A stretch of DNA of 56,648 nucleotides from a virus (taxonomy: Duplodnaviria; Caudoviricetes), in IMG/VR virus record IMGVR_UViG_3300038678_000070, positions 1 to 56,648 of that record; one strand, written 5' to 3'. The notes beneath the pieces are model-generated. The model was not told where the DNA came from. It ran no database searches and saw only the letters and a program-made list of their open reading frames with translations. Within the stretch, counting starts at the first letter, position 1; each line of letters opens with the position of its first letter. Made by a program: the position numbers and the translations under genes. Shown piece after piece: positions 10,501 to 18,091 of the stretch.

Positions 10501-10550
10501 CAGCGTTGTCAAACGCCCCATCATCGGGTGACACCTTTATCATTATATAA
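7530..10550 (+). CDS. Large repetitive fibre/appendage-like virion protein (1006 aa)
   Basis: Three DTxDIQ(S/T)RLPAAL repeats, two VWDE, duplicated NTDL...VFTSGA domain; T/D/A/G-rich. Confidence 0.7.
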   Translation: MISYFGDFAEDDTVLIPFNTFSSDDPSASVTITNLADADIKVHKDASLTQIVTDGATVVINFDSITGNHMVTIDTSADAAYATGSEYAVRVEGTTVDGGTINAWIGAFSIERAGGALAVTKLIQAAVITNAAGDDVAADIIAIKAETATIVADTNELQGDDVPGLIAAVQSDTDDIQTRLPAALVGGLMSSDVTAISTDTTAADNLELQYDTTGLTGDTFPATQSQANATSASAGGSVNIAATHDNTITDTIDNAGAVDKGSGLVGIPVTGHAFIAGNEVTIAGTTNYNGVEDIVSQTTNEIVITASFVSETFGGSETIVSSIKGVVFVGSVQSGTFSATQAVDGVYHDIDDVGNVIDVVYEYAVGGGRAANQLILTGFAQGNGDVITTQIYDFVGADWETIGVITGANGTANIVVDPRILLKHTGTGSDLGKVYIRLISLATTPSNLSVDGSTISAVSINQTAGYQDGQVWVNTVGGTAGTEINVNGVADNAVLSIGDAFTIASALTLSDFHIINGSTITLTASTVNKSFFGDNWTLALGGQNIAGSYFEGSNVVTGVGVSAAEVRFDNCEFGTASVQLLHAESCSFTSTVTMTLAGDYHIINSQSGVAGAGGPTFTKTAGQTITTEWRRWSGTLTVSGLEAGDVITISGELGTVTLNGADASVEIRGTYKALVNNLTGSPTVNTDGAIKGVDVASTLADTVDIQSRLPAALVNSRMDSTIDATGFEDAAVDKVWDEALTGATHDVSNSAGRRLRKLNEGLVSTDSAVDDPGAAATTTVFNTDLTEVDDFWNDGVVVFTSGALTGQARPILDFANTNGQITLDEVLTSAPSNNDGFLIVATHIHPVSQIADGVWDEATSGHTTAGTTGKALSDVLVDTSTTLQGELDGIQADTEDIQSRLPAALSSGNMKSDLLAISTSSTAADNLEKSALQIIPGIAAGTPSTTVINTDLAGGDDIYIGRTVIFTSGAAINEATDITDFADTDGVLTVTALSNAPSSGDTFIII

Positions 10551-10552
10551 CT

Positions 10553-10690
10553 ATGGCTATTACTCGATTAGGATTATATGGCGGCGCTAGGATACCTTAC
10601 GGTAGTTTCGCTGGGAAGGTAGAAGCTGTGCCGTCAGACCTTGTTTTGCATGAGGGATTTCGCCAAAACGTCGGAAAGATGATGAGATAG
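10553..10690 (+). CDS. Small hypothetical protein (MAITRLGLYGG..., 45 aa)
   Basis: Translated by hand; fills the gap between two genes exactly. Confidence 0.6.
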   Translation: MAITRLGLYGGARIPYGSFAGKVEAVPSDLVLHEGFRQNVGKMMR

Positions 10691-10691
10691 C

Positions 10692-11009
10692 ATGGATGAC
10701 ATCCAAGAGTTTATAGGGAGCCTCGCTGAAGGGTTTTACGGCAGGGGAGAATACACCAAGATGGATAGATACCGTGATTTCAGGCGGTTGTTTCTTGGTA
10801 CTGAGGAAGGTAAGCGTGTTCTTTATGAGCTGATGGGTTGGGGGAAATTGTACGGCGCAATCCCTGCCAACCGTGAACAGCAAGACCGAGATATATTTGT
10901 GATGCTCGGCGAAAGAAACCTTGTCTTGCAATTATTAAGGACAATCAATTTAGAACCAAAAATGAATCCACCTAAAAAAGCAGTCAGTAAAAAACCAAAG
11001 AAAAGGTAA
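10692..11009 (+). CDS. Conserved pre-scaffold protein (Bbp19-like)
   Basis: FRRLF.GTEEGKRVL.EL...GERNLVL motif and position before the scaffold. Confidence 0.7.
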   Translation: MDDIQEFIGSLAEGFYGRGEYTKMDRYRDFRRLFLGTEEGKRVLYELMGWGKLYGAIPANREQQDRDIFVMLGERNLVLQLLRTINLEPKMNPPKKAVSKKPKKR

Positions 11010-11016
11010 CGACGCA

Positions 11017-11913
11017 ATGACCGATGAGACTACAGAAGAAACTACGGAAGACACCACGGCAGAGACGAAAGAAGAAACTACGGAAGAGACTACCACTGAA
11101 ACCGAGAAAACTGAGGAGTCCCCGTTTAGCACTCTCAGGGCCAGCATTACGGATGATAAGATTCGTGCGAATGCAGAGCGTTTCAATAGCTTTGAGGACT
11201 TGGCTAAAGGACACTTGGAGCTACGTCAGAAACTTTCTAAGGGCGGACTGAAACCAGGGAAAGACGCCTCAGACGATGAAATGAAAACTTTCCGTAAAGC
11301 ATGGGATATCCCTGAATCTTCAGATAAGTACGACTTCGGGATTGAGGAAGGCCAGGAATTGTCGGAGACTCAGCAGGAGTCTTTCGACAAATGGGGCAAG
11401 GTCTTCCATGACAACAACATTAGTTCTTCCGCGGCTAAAGCCCTGATCGAAGGTTTTAAGGCTGATATGGTGCAAGAGGCGGATGCTGGTAAAATCATCC
11501 AAGAGGAGTTCGCGGAGCAGGCCTCTAAAGACCTAAAGGAAGACTGGGGCAAGGACTACGATAAGAACTTGAGCGCCGCTAATCGTGGTGCAGTCGAGAT
11601 GTTTGGAGAAGATTTTGAATCAGCTAAAACGATGGAGGTTGATGGCAAGTTCCTTTTGGACCACCCTACTATCGTCCGAATGTTTGCCAAGGTAGGTCGT
11701 GAAATGTCTGAGGCTGGACTCGGAGACTCTATGAGCGATAGCGAGAAAGGCGATGTCCGTGAGGAAATCGAGACTGCTATCACGAAGCGTAATGAAGCTC
11801 AAGCCGCAGGACGTAATAAAGAAGCACAGCGTTGGAGCGACAAAGAACAGGCGCTTTACGCCAAGATGAATGGTAGCGTCGATGTCGTTGGACGATCAGG
11901 GAGAAAAAGCTAA
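11017..11913 (+). CDS. Capsid scaffolding protein
   Basis: Acidic T/E-rich N-terminus; LKEDWGKDYDKNL and DHPTIVRMFAKVG..MSE; upstream of major capsid gene. Confidence 0.85.
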   Translation: MTDETTEETTEDTTAETKEETTEETTTETEKTEESPFSTLRASITDDKIRANAERFNSFEDLAKGHLELRQKLSKGGLKPGKDASDDEMKTFRKAWDIPESSDKYDFGIEEGQELSETQQESFDKWGKVFHDNNISSSAAKALIEGFKADMVQEADAGKIIQEEFAEQASKDLKEDWGKDYDKNLSAANRGAVEMFGEDFESAKTMEVDGKFLLDHPTIVRMFAKVGREMSEAGLGDSMSDSEKGDVREEIETAITKRNEAQAAGRNKEAQRWSDKEQALYAKMNGSVDVVGRSGRKS

Positions 11914-12395
11914 TGCCGTATATTACTTTAACGCAAGGGAAACGTGCCTTAGTTGATTATGACGACTACCACATATTGAATGCTTTTAAGTGGTATTATT
12001 CAAACGGATATGCCGTGCGCAAGGTACAGAGATTCGGGCGCTCGAGAACCATCCTGATGCACAGGGTGATAAATGACACCCCTAAAGGGATGGAGACGGA
12101 CCATATTAACCGGAGCACGCTAGATAATAGACGGTTGAATTTGCGCTCTGTTACAAATACGCAAAATCATTATAATCGTCATGCTATCCCAAAATCTAAA
12201 TCAAAATACAAGGGGGTATGGTGGCATACTGAGCGGTCCAAATGGGCCGCCCAAATCACATTTGATGGCAAAAAGATCCTCTTGGGAAGGTTTGATAAGG
12301 AGGAAGACGCCGCTGAGACTTACAATGTTGCCGCATACCACCTTCATGGCAGTTACGCATGTTTTAATAAAATTCCGGAGAGTCGCTATGCCTAA
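11913..12395 (+). CDS. HNH-AP2 homing endonuclease (copy 1)
   Basis: LTQGKRALVD; MHR; TDHINRSTLDNRRLNLR; SKYKGV..W.AQI...LG.F..EEDAA..YN. Confidence 0.92.
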   Translation: MPYITLTQGKRALVDYDDYHILNAFKWYYSNGYAVRKVQRFGRSRTILMHRVINDTPKGMETDHINRSTLDNRRLNLRSVTNTQNHYNRHAIPKSKSKYKGVWWHTERSKWAAQITFDGKKILLGRFDKEEDAAETYNVAAYHLHGSYACFNKIPESRYA

Positions 12396-12577
12396 GCACG
12401 GAAGCAAGCCGAAGCCGAAGAAACCTAGAAAATAGGTCGGGAACTTCGCTACCGGACCAGCAGGTTTGGCCTCGGGTTCCTGTATAAAATAAAACCCTTG
12501 GACCATCTAACGAAGTGTATCTTTTTGTATACACTTAAAAAAAATATGCGTATCTTTTATAATACAGTAAAAAAGTA

Positions 12578-12606
12578 TTGACAATATATCATACACCTGA
12601 TACAGA
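12578..12606 (+). promoter_or_regulatory. Putative capsid-operon promoter
   Basis: TTGACA-17-TACAGA with upstream TG, in an AT-rich intergenic region. Confidence 0.5.
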
Positions 12607-12607
12607 T

Positions 12608-12752
12608 AGGGTGTCGGATCACCCAATACGGCCCCGGCACCTTATTATAGCGTAACAACACATATCCGAAAAGCCCCGCACAAGCGACGAAACGGCCCCT
12701 GAAAAGGCTACCCCGTCAGCCGCTATTATCTAGCGGCTCCCTCGACGATGTG
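12608..12752 (+). ncRNA. Structured 5' leader of the major capsid gene
   Basis: Hairpins AGGGTGTCGG/CCGGCACCTT, ACGG..CCT-GAAA-AGG..CCGT, GCCGCTA/TAGCGGC. Confidence 0.55.
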
Positions 12753-12780
12753 ACCCTCTTAATTTCTTCACGAGGTAATC

Positions 12781-13683
12781 ATGTCAACTTCAATTGACAC
12801 AGCGTTTATTACCGCCTACGAGCGGAAAGTACACGACGTCTTCCAGCTAAACGGAGCAAAGCTCCGCCCAGCAGTACGAATGCAAACAGGCGTTATCGGC
12901 TCAACCGCCGTATTCCAAAAGATTGGTAAAGGCACGGCGACCACTAAGGCTCGTCACGGCACGATCACTCCCATGAACCAGACTCATACGGCACCTGTCG
13001 CAACTTTGGCTGACTTTTATGCCGGTGACTGGGTAGATCGTTTGGACTTGGCGAAAACCAACATCAACGAGCGTGATGCTATCGCCCGTGGTGGTGCTAT
13101 GGCTCTTGGCCGTAAGGTTGACAGTCAGATCCTCACCGCTCTTGACGGCACTTCTCAGACTGTTGTTACTGTCACTGTCACGAACTTTGTTGATGTCCGT
13201 GTTGGTATCACTCAGATGGTAGGTGACTTGGTTCGTCTTGACTCCTATGAGCCCGGCAGGATGTGGGGCGTGCTTTCTCCTGTTGGTTGGGAACGACTGA
13301 TGGGCGTTGAGCAGTTCCAGAATGCTGATTTCGTTGGTCCTAACGGGTTGGAGCATAACAAATCAGTGCCACTGGGAACTCCAATGTTTAAAGAATGGCT
13401 TGGCGTTAAGTGGATGGTTCATTCCGCAGTACCGGGAGTCGGCACCGCCACCTCCAAGTTCTTTGTTTGGAACGAGGATGCCATCGCCTATGCAACCGGT
13501 GAACACGCCGCTAATTTAGCTTCATCAGACAGTGAAGTTTCTGTTGGTGCTGATATTACTTGGCATGGCGACCGTGCGGCTCATTTCGTCAACCATGCTA
13601 TGTCGGGTGGTGCAGTTCTCATTGATGACACTGGTGTTATCGAGGGCAACTGGGCTGATACCACGGCTCCAGCACAGTCATAA
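12781..13683 (+). CDS. Major capsid protein
   Basis: MSTSIDTAFI..Y...V...FQ..G.KLR..V start, ALGRKVD..IL.AL; 300 aa; position after scaffold. Confidence 0.9.
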   Translation: MSTSIDTAFITAYERKVHDVFQLNGAKLRPAVRMQTGVIGSTAVFQKIGKGTATTKARHGTITPMNQTHTAPVATLADFYAGDWVDRLDLAKTNINERDAIARGGAMALGRKVDSQILTALDGTSQTVVTVTVTNFVDVRVGITQMVGDLVRLDSYEPGRMWGVLSPVGWERLMGVEQFQNADFVGPNGLEHNKSVPLGTPMFKEWLGVKWMVHSAVPGVGTATSKFFVWNEDAIAYATGEHAANLASSDSEVSVGADITWHGDRAAHFVNHAMSGGAVLIDDTGVIEGNWADTTAPAQS

Positions 13684-13696
13684 GGGAGGTTATACG

Positions 13697-13990
13697 ATGG
13701 CTTACACACCGGGTAATCTCACTCAGATCAGTTCAGTGAATGGCTTTTCGATCTATCGTTACGATGATCTTGATGCCAACTCGCTGGTTGATATCGCAGG
13801 TTATTTCAATAACTCTGACGATACCCTGAACATGGCTCCAGGGGACATTGTTCTAGCGGTTGATTGGGCTACGGCAGTCCGAAGCGGAACTATTTCTGGT
13901 TGGGGCATCCACATGGTCATGACCGTTTCAGCGGCAGGGGTAGTTGACTTGGCTGAAGCATTGGCTGGCAACGTTACTAACAGCGACTAA
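13697..13990 (+). CDS. Putative capsid cement/decoration protein (bare domain, paralog 1)
   Basis: Start moved to ATG after GGGAGG; AGYFNNSDD motif; directly after capsid gene. Confidence 0.75.
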   Translation: MAYTPGNLTQISSVNGFSIYRYDDLDANSLVDIAGYFNNSDDTLNMAPGDIVLAVDWATAVRSGTISGWGIHMVMTVSAAGVVDLAEALAGNVTNSD

Positions 13991-13997
13991 TCAGGAG

Positions 13998-14033
13998 GGT
14001 GGTCCCTTAGCGGGGGCCACCAGCCTTTCTTTT
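13998..14033 (+). terminator. Rho-independent terminator
   Basis: GGTGGTCCCT-TAGC-GGGGGCCACC followed by a T-rich tail. Confidence 0.75.
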
Positions 14034-14045
14034 GGAGTTTAAAAA

Positions 14046-14723
14046 ATGGCTTTTACTACAGCTAACTTATTGAACGTCTATAGCGGACCTCAAGGCTATG
14101 GGATCTATCTGTATAAATCAGATACCGATGCCCGTGCTGTCGTGGAAGCCGCTGGATACTTCAATAACGACGACGACAATCAGGTTTTGGCAGTTGATGA
14201 CATGGTTACGGTCATTGGCGACGAAGGCGGTTACAGCCTTTATGTTTCAAGTCTTTCCTCAGGCGCAGTTTCTACCGGGTCAGTTTCAGGGGCGAGCTCC
14301 GTTCCTTTGGCAGCAGGTAGCACGTTAACATTAACGAAGCTGGCGCACGATGGCAGAACTATCGCTTGGGATACGGCGGCAGGGTCAGTTGTGACTCTTC
14401 CGGCGGCTACTGGTACTGGGATGAAGTTTCGATTTGTGGTCACTACCTTAGCTACGTCCAACGGTCATGAAGTGAAATGTGTCGGTACTGACGAGTTCGT
14501 AGGTCACTGCTCTATTATCGACGTTGACACGGCTGACGCAACGATTTCGTTTGCGGCACAGGCCGCTGACGACTTTGACAGGATCTTGTTTGCTCGGTCT
14601 ACGACTGGACTTGCAACTCCGGGTGACTGGGTTGAAGTTGAAGATATCGTCACTGGATCATGGGCTATCAAGGGATCAGCAGTAGCTACCGGGACGGTAG
14701 CAACACCTTTCATTAGCACCTAA
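14046..14723 (+). CDS. Cement-like domain fused to a beta-rich domain (paralog 2)
   Basis: AGYFNNDDD motif in first ~80 aa, then VVTLPAATGTGMKFRFVV domain. Confidence 0.75.
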   Translation: MAFTTANLLNVYSGPQGYGIYLYKSDTDARAVVEAAGYFNNDDDNQVLAVDDMVTVIGDEGGYSLYVSSLSSGAVSTGSVSGASSVPLAAGSTLTLTKLAHDGRTIAWDTAAGSVVTLPAATGTGMKFRFVVTTLATSNGHEVKCVGTDEFVGHCSIIDVDTADATISFAAQAADDFDRILFARSTTGLATPGDWVEVEDIVTGSWAIKGSAVATGTVATPFIST

Positions 14724-14738
14724 GTTATAAATCAGCAC

Positions 14739-14768
14739 ACTGGGGGTTTCACGACCCCCAGTTGTTTT
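14739..14768 (+). terminator. Rho-independent terminator
   Basis: ACTGGGGGT-TTCACG-ACCCCCAGT followed by TGTTTT. Confidence 0.75.
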
Positions 14769-14778
14769 GAAGGTTTTT

Positions 14779-14970
14779 ATGTTCAATGATAACGGCACAA
14801 AAATGACTCTTTGCGGGATTTTGAAAAAGATTTCTGAGAGTACAGACGACGAAAAGATTCAAGGAATGCTAAAAGAAGCCACCAAAATAGCAAAGAAGAT
14901 AGATTTGCGATTAAAACACTATTCCCGTTGGTGCAGGCGGAGTGGACAATACCCGGATATGGAATCGTAA
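14779..14970 (+). CDS. Hypothetical protein
   Basis: ORF track; TAATG coupling to next gene. Confidence 0.55.
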   Translation: MFNDNGTKMTLCGILKKISESTDDEKIQGMLKEATKIAKKIDLRLKHYSRWCRRSGQYPDMES

Positions 14971-16733
14971 TGGCATTCAATAAAATTAATCTCTACAACC
15001 TGAACAGTATGCCGCCTGGGTTTGCGACATATAAGTACCAATCGGACGTGGATACCAGAGTGGATGTTTCCGATGCCGGATATTTCAACAACTCTGACGA
15101 CACCCAAAACCTTGCTGTCAACGATACTATAAATGTCGTTGGGACTGAAGGGGAGTATGCGTTAAAAGTTTCCTCTATCTCCAGTGGAGTAGTGACAACA
15201 TTTTCCACGACCCCTACGAATAATCCGGCGCTAATTCCCCCGCCAAAACTTCTAGAGACAAGAATTACCGATTTCAGTGGCTCGCATGGATTTGCTTTAT
15301 CCGGCAATGGCACAGTAGCTAATGATGCTGTAGTCCATCTAAACGGTACGCAAAGCCTAAAATACACCTCTCCTGGGGACAGCTCCTTTGGCGCGGCGAG
15401 GAGCGGTGCTTTCTCGCCAACCATTGACATGACCGGGAAGGGTTTTATTATACGGGTTTTATTGGCGGACATAGCAAATGTTGAGAGTGGCGACAACAAT
15501 CTTAATTTCTACGCATCCTCTGATACAAATTTTGCTAGCGATTGGTACACATGGGATTTCTTAAAAAACAGCAATGGGAAGCAATATGTTGTCGAGGGTG
15601 AGTGGGCGGTGATTTCTCTAGGGTTCGGTGACGCCACTACCTCTGGAACCCCGGATAGGACGGCCATCATTAAAGTCCAAATGGTCCTAGATGACGCCGG
15701 AACCGGAACTATAAAACTCAATTGGGCGACTCTCGGGACTTTTAAAGAACAACCGAGAGGCAAGGTTGTTCTTGCTTTTGACCAAGGGCATGACGATCAA
15801 TACGACCAAGGAAAAAAGAAAATGTCTGAATACGGATTCCCTGGCATGTCTTACATACGAACCGATCTGGTAGGTGTTAGCGGTAGAGTCACTTATGACG
15901 AGTTGCTTGAGTTGCAGGATTTGCATGGATGGGAGATAGCGCTCAGAACGCAGGGCACGCACCCGGATGATTCTGGGACAATTCAGGACAAGGAAGAACT
16001 GATTGATGCAGACATACAGATCATGAGCGAGGAAGGGTTCCCGAGTATCTACCATTTTGCCTATGCGAATACTGATTTTGACAAGCTATTGTATGACCTC
16101 ATTAAGAGAAAGTTTCGATCCGGCAGACACGGTGGAAATGAGACTATCCTAGAAACGTACCCGCCGGGTGATTGGAATGCCGTGCGATGCAATTCGGTTG
16201 GTCCGTCAACCTCAACCGCGACATTGGCAGGTTTTGTTGATCAAGCTGTTACCAATAAGCAGATGATTGTTATTCTGTTTCATCAAATTACGGCGGCTGG
16301 AACAGAAGAGAGTGCGATCTCAATTGCTAAATTCGGGACTTTCATAGATGATCTCCAAACTCATGTTGTGGCCGGGGATATTGATGTTGTCACGATGAGT
16401 CAAGCGATGGATGATGTTGTCACGGATATCGACATTTCTCAGTCACTTTCCGGGGCCGGTGCAGTTGATATTCTCTCAAGGATTACCGAATTCACAAGTA
16501 CCGGAGTTGCTGATGCGCTTACCCTCGCTGATGGTGCTTATATAGGGCAGAGAAAAACGGTTGCCCATGTGGTAGATGGGGGAAGTGGTGTTTTAACTCC
16601 TGCAAATGCTTTGGGATTTACGGATATAACATTCACTACAGCCGGAGAATCTGTAGAATTGGTTTTCCTTTTGGGCGGGTGGTTAGTCGTCGGGATTGGT
16701 GGTGTGTCCGCAACATTACCTGTCGTAGCATAG
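14970..16733 (+). CDS. Cement-like domain fused to CBM-like and degenerate NodB polysaccharide deacetylase domains (paralog 3)
   Basis: AGYFNNSDD N-terminus; VVLAFDQG, GWEIALRTQGTH, ILFHQ; start moved to 14970. Confidence 0.75.
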   Translation: MAFNKINLYNLNSMPPGFATYKYQSDVDTRVDVSDAGYFNNSDDTQNLAVNDTINVVGTEGEYALKVSSISSGVVTTFSTTPTNNPALIPPPKLLETRITDFSGSHGFALSGNGTVANDAVVHLNGTQSLKYTSPGDSSFGAARSGAFSPTIDMTGKGFIIRVLLADIANVESGDNNLNFYASSDTNFASDWYTWDFLKNSNGKQYVVEGEWAVISLGFGDATTSGTPDRTAIIKVQMVLDDAGTGTIKLNWATLGTFKEQPRGKVVLAFDQGHDDQYDQGKKKMSEYGFPGMSYIRTDLVGVSGRVTYDELLELQDLHGWEIALRTQGTHPDDSGTIQDKEELIDADIQIMSEEGFPSIYHFAYANTDFDKLLYDLIKRKFRSGRHGGNETILETYPPGDWNAVRCNSVGPSTSTATLAGFVDQAVTNKQMIVILFHQITAAGTEESAISIAKFGTFIDDLQTHVVAGDIDVVTMSQAMDDVVTDIDISQSLSGAGAVDILSRITEFTSTGVADALTLADGAYIGQRKTVAHVVDGGSGVLTPANALGFTDITFTTAGESVELVFLLGGWLVVGIGGVSATLPVVA

Positions 16734-16739
16734 AATAAA

Positions 16740-16931
16740 ATGACTAGAGCCGAATTCATGGAAGTCTGCAAGATACTAGAACAAATGGGCTTCGCCGTCT
16801 ATGCTGTAGGCGACCCTCGTGCCACAGACTTAGGTGAAGAGCGCCAGATGTCGCCAGAAAAAAAGAAAATCAGGAAACCCTTGGTGAATTGGGATCGTGA
16901 AATGAAGATCTTAATGAAGCAAGGCAAATAA
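16740..16931 (+). CDS. Hypothetical protein
   Basis: ORF track; fills gap in operon. Confidence 0.55.
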   Translation: MTRAEFMEVCKILEQMGFAVYAVGDPRATDLGEERQMSPEKKKIRKPLVNWDREMKILMKQGK

Positions 16932-16948
16932 AACACACAGGAGAACTT

Positions 16949-17473
16949 ATGTCTAGGGAAATCAGCATGGCAAATGCCACTAACTTAACGAAGCCTGAAG
17001 ATGGCACAACTGGCAAGCTGTACAACTATCTTTGCTACGGGCATCCGTTGGATGTCTGTTTTGACAAGGATTTTTTCCGTTCCATGCGCGGGAACTTCCT
17101 TCCGGGTGACAAGATTTGCTTGATGGAGTTCGATACGAAGAACCCGGAACTGAGAGAACAAGTATTGCGTTCTATGTGCGAGGGAATAGTCGTGTCCATC
17201 AGGAACGATACGGTAGACTTTAGACCTCTTGGCAATTCCATCACACGATTCAAAGACATCGACGAGACGGAAGAGGTTATCGAGCCGGGATTTGACGAGC
17301 CTGCTCCTGAGTTTATCAAGTCCGAAGATGCAAAAGTCAAGTGGATTGTAGGGTCCAGAAGCTACCATGTCATCGCTGATGGCCTTGTGGTAGCTGATGT
17401 GAAAGACAAAGCCGATGCGTACTCTATAGCCAGAGGCGATCTCCCGTTACCAGCCTTAACTGCCGAGGTTTAA
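16949..17473 (+). CDS. Hypothetical protein
   Basis: ORF track, AGGAG RBS. Confidence 0.7.
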   Translation: MSREISMANATNLTKPEDGTTGKLYNYLCYGHPLDVCFDKDFFRSMRGNFLPGDKICLMEFDTKNPELREQVLRSMCEGIVVSIRNDTVDFRPLGNSITRFKDIDETEEVIEPGFDEPAPEFIKSEDAKVKWIVGSRSYHVIADGLVVADVKDKADAYSIARGDLPLPALTAEV

Positions 17474-18091
17474 ATGCCAAGCAAGGTACAGGTGGCAAAC
17501 AGATCATTCCGAATGATTGGGTCCGGTGTCATCACATCGTTCGATCAGGGAACCAAACCAGCGAATGTTGTCAGTGATATCTATGATGAGGTTCTGAAGA
17601 CATTACTAGCGTCCGGCAAATGGAAATTTGCCAGCACGCGGGTACAGTTAGCCAAGTCTTCCACCGCCCCTGCCACTGAGTTTGACAATGCTTTTGTTCT
17701 GCCTGCTGACTGGATACGAACAATTTCAGTGTCAAATAACGACGTGACTATCGGGAACGTGATGTACAAACACGGCCAGGTCGGCTCTCAAAACGTGCTG
17801 GAGTCTAGCTCAGAGGATCTCTTCCTAAACTATGTCAGGTTTGAGGAAGACCCTAACCTAATGACAGCGTTGTTCAGGAATGCTTTTACGATTGCTTTAG
17901 CCAGAGACATGGCTGTTCCATTAGCCAACTCGAACACGCTGGAAGAGCAACTTGCGAAGAAAGCAAGAGTTGCACTAGGGCGTGCTATGGCTGTTGATTC
18001 TATGGGTTCCTTCCCGGTGAACAGACCGCGTGGATCATGGGTAACATCCAGATTCAGATCACATAATTCTGTTGGCGGACGGGAGTTTTAA
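17474..18091 (+). CDS. Tail tubular protein A / adaptor (T7 gp11-like)
   Basis: VANRSF..IG; WKFA..RVQL; F.LPADWIR; LA..MA.PL. Confidence 0.88.
   Translation: MPSKVQVANRSFRMIGSGVITSFDQGTKPANVVSDIYDEVLKTLLASGKWKFASTRVQLAKSSTAPATEFDNAFVLPADWIRTISVSNNDVTIGNVMYKHGQVGSQNVLESSSEDLFLNYVRFEEDPNLMTALFRNAFTIALARDMAVPLANSNTLEEQLAKKARVALGRAMAVDSMGSFPVNRPRGSWVTSRFRSHNSVGGREF

Noticed and set aside
11017-11120. Tandem GAAGAAACTACG-like repeats as a CRISPR or iteron array
   Set aside because: They encode the low-complexity T/E N-terminus of the scaffold; no repeat-spacer array was seen anywhere in the window
13520-13697. Programmed frameshift fusing the capsid protein to the cement gene (T7 10A/10B style)
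   Set aside because: The overlapping open frame is +1, no slippery site is evident, and the cement gene has its own strong RBS
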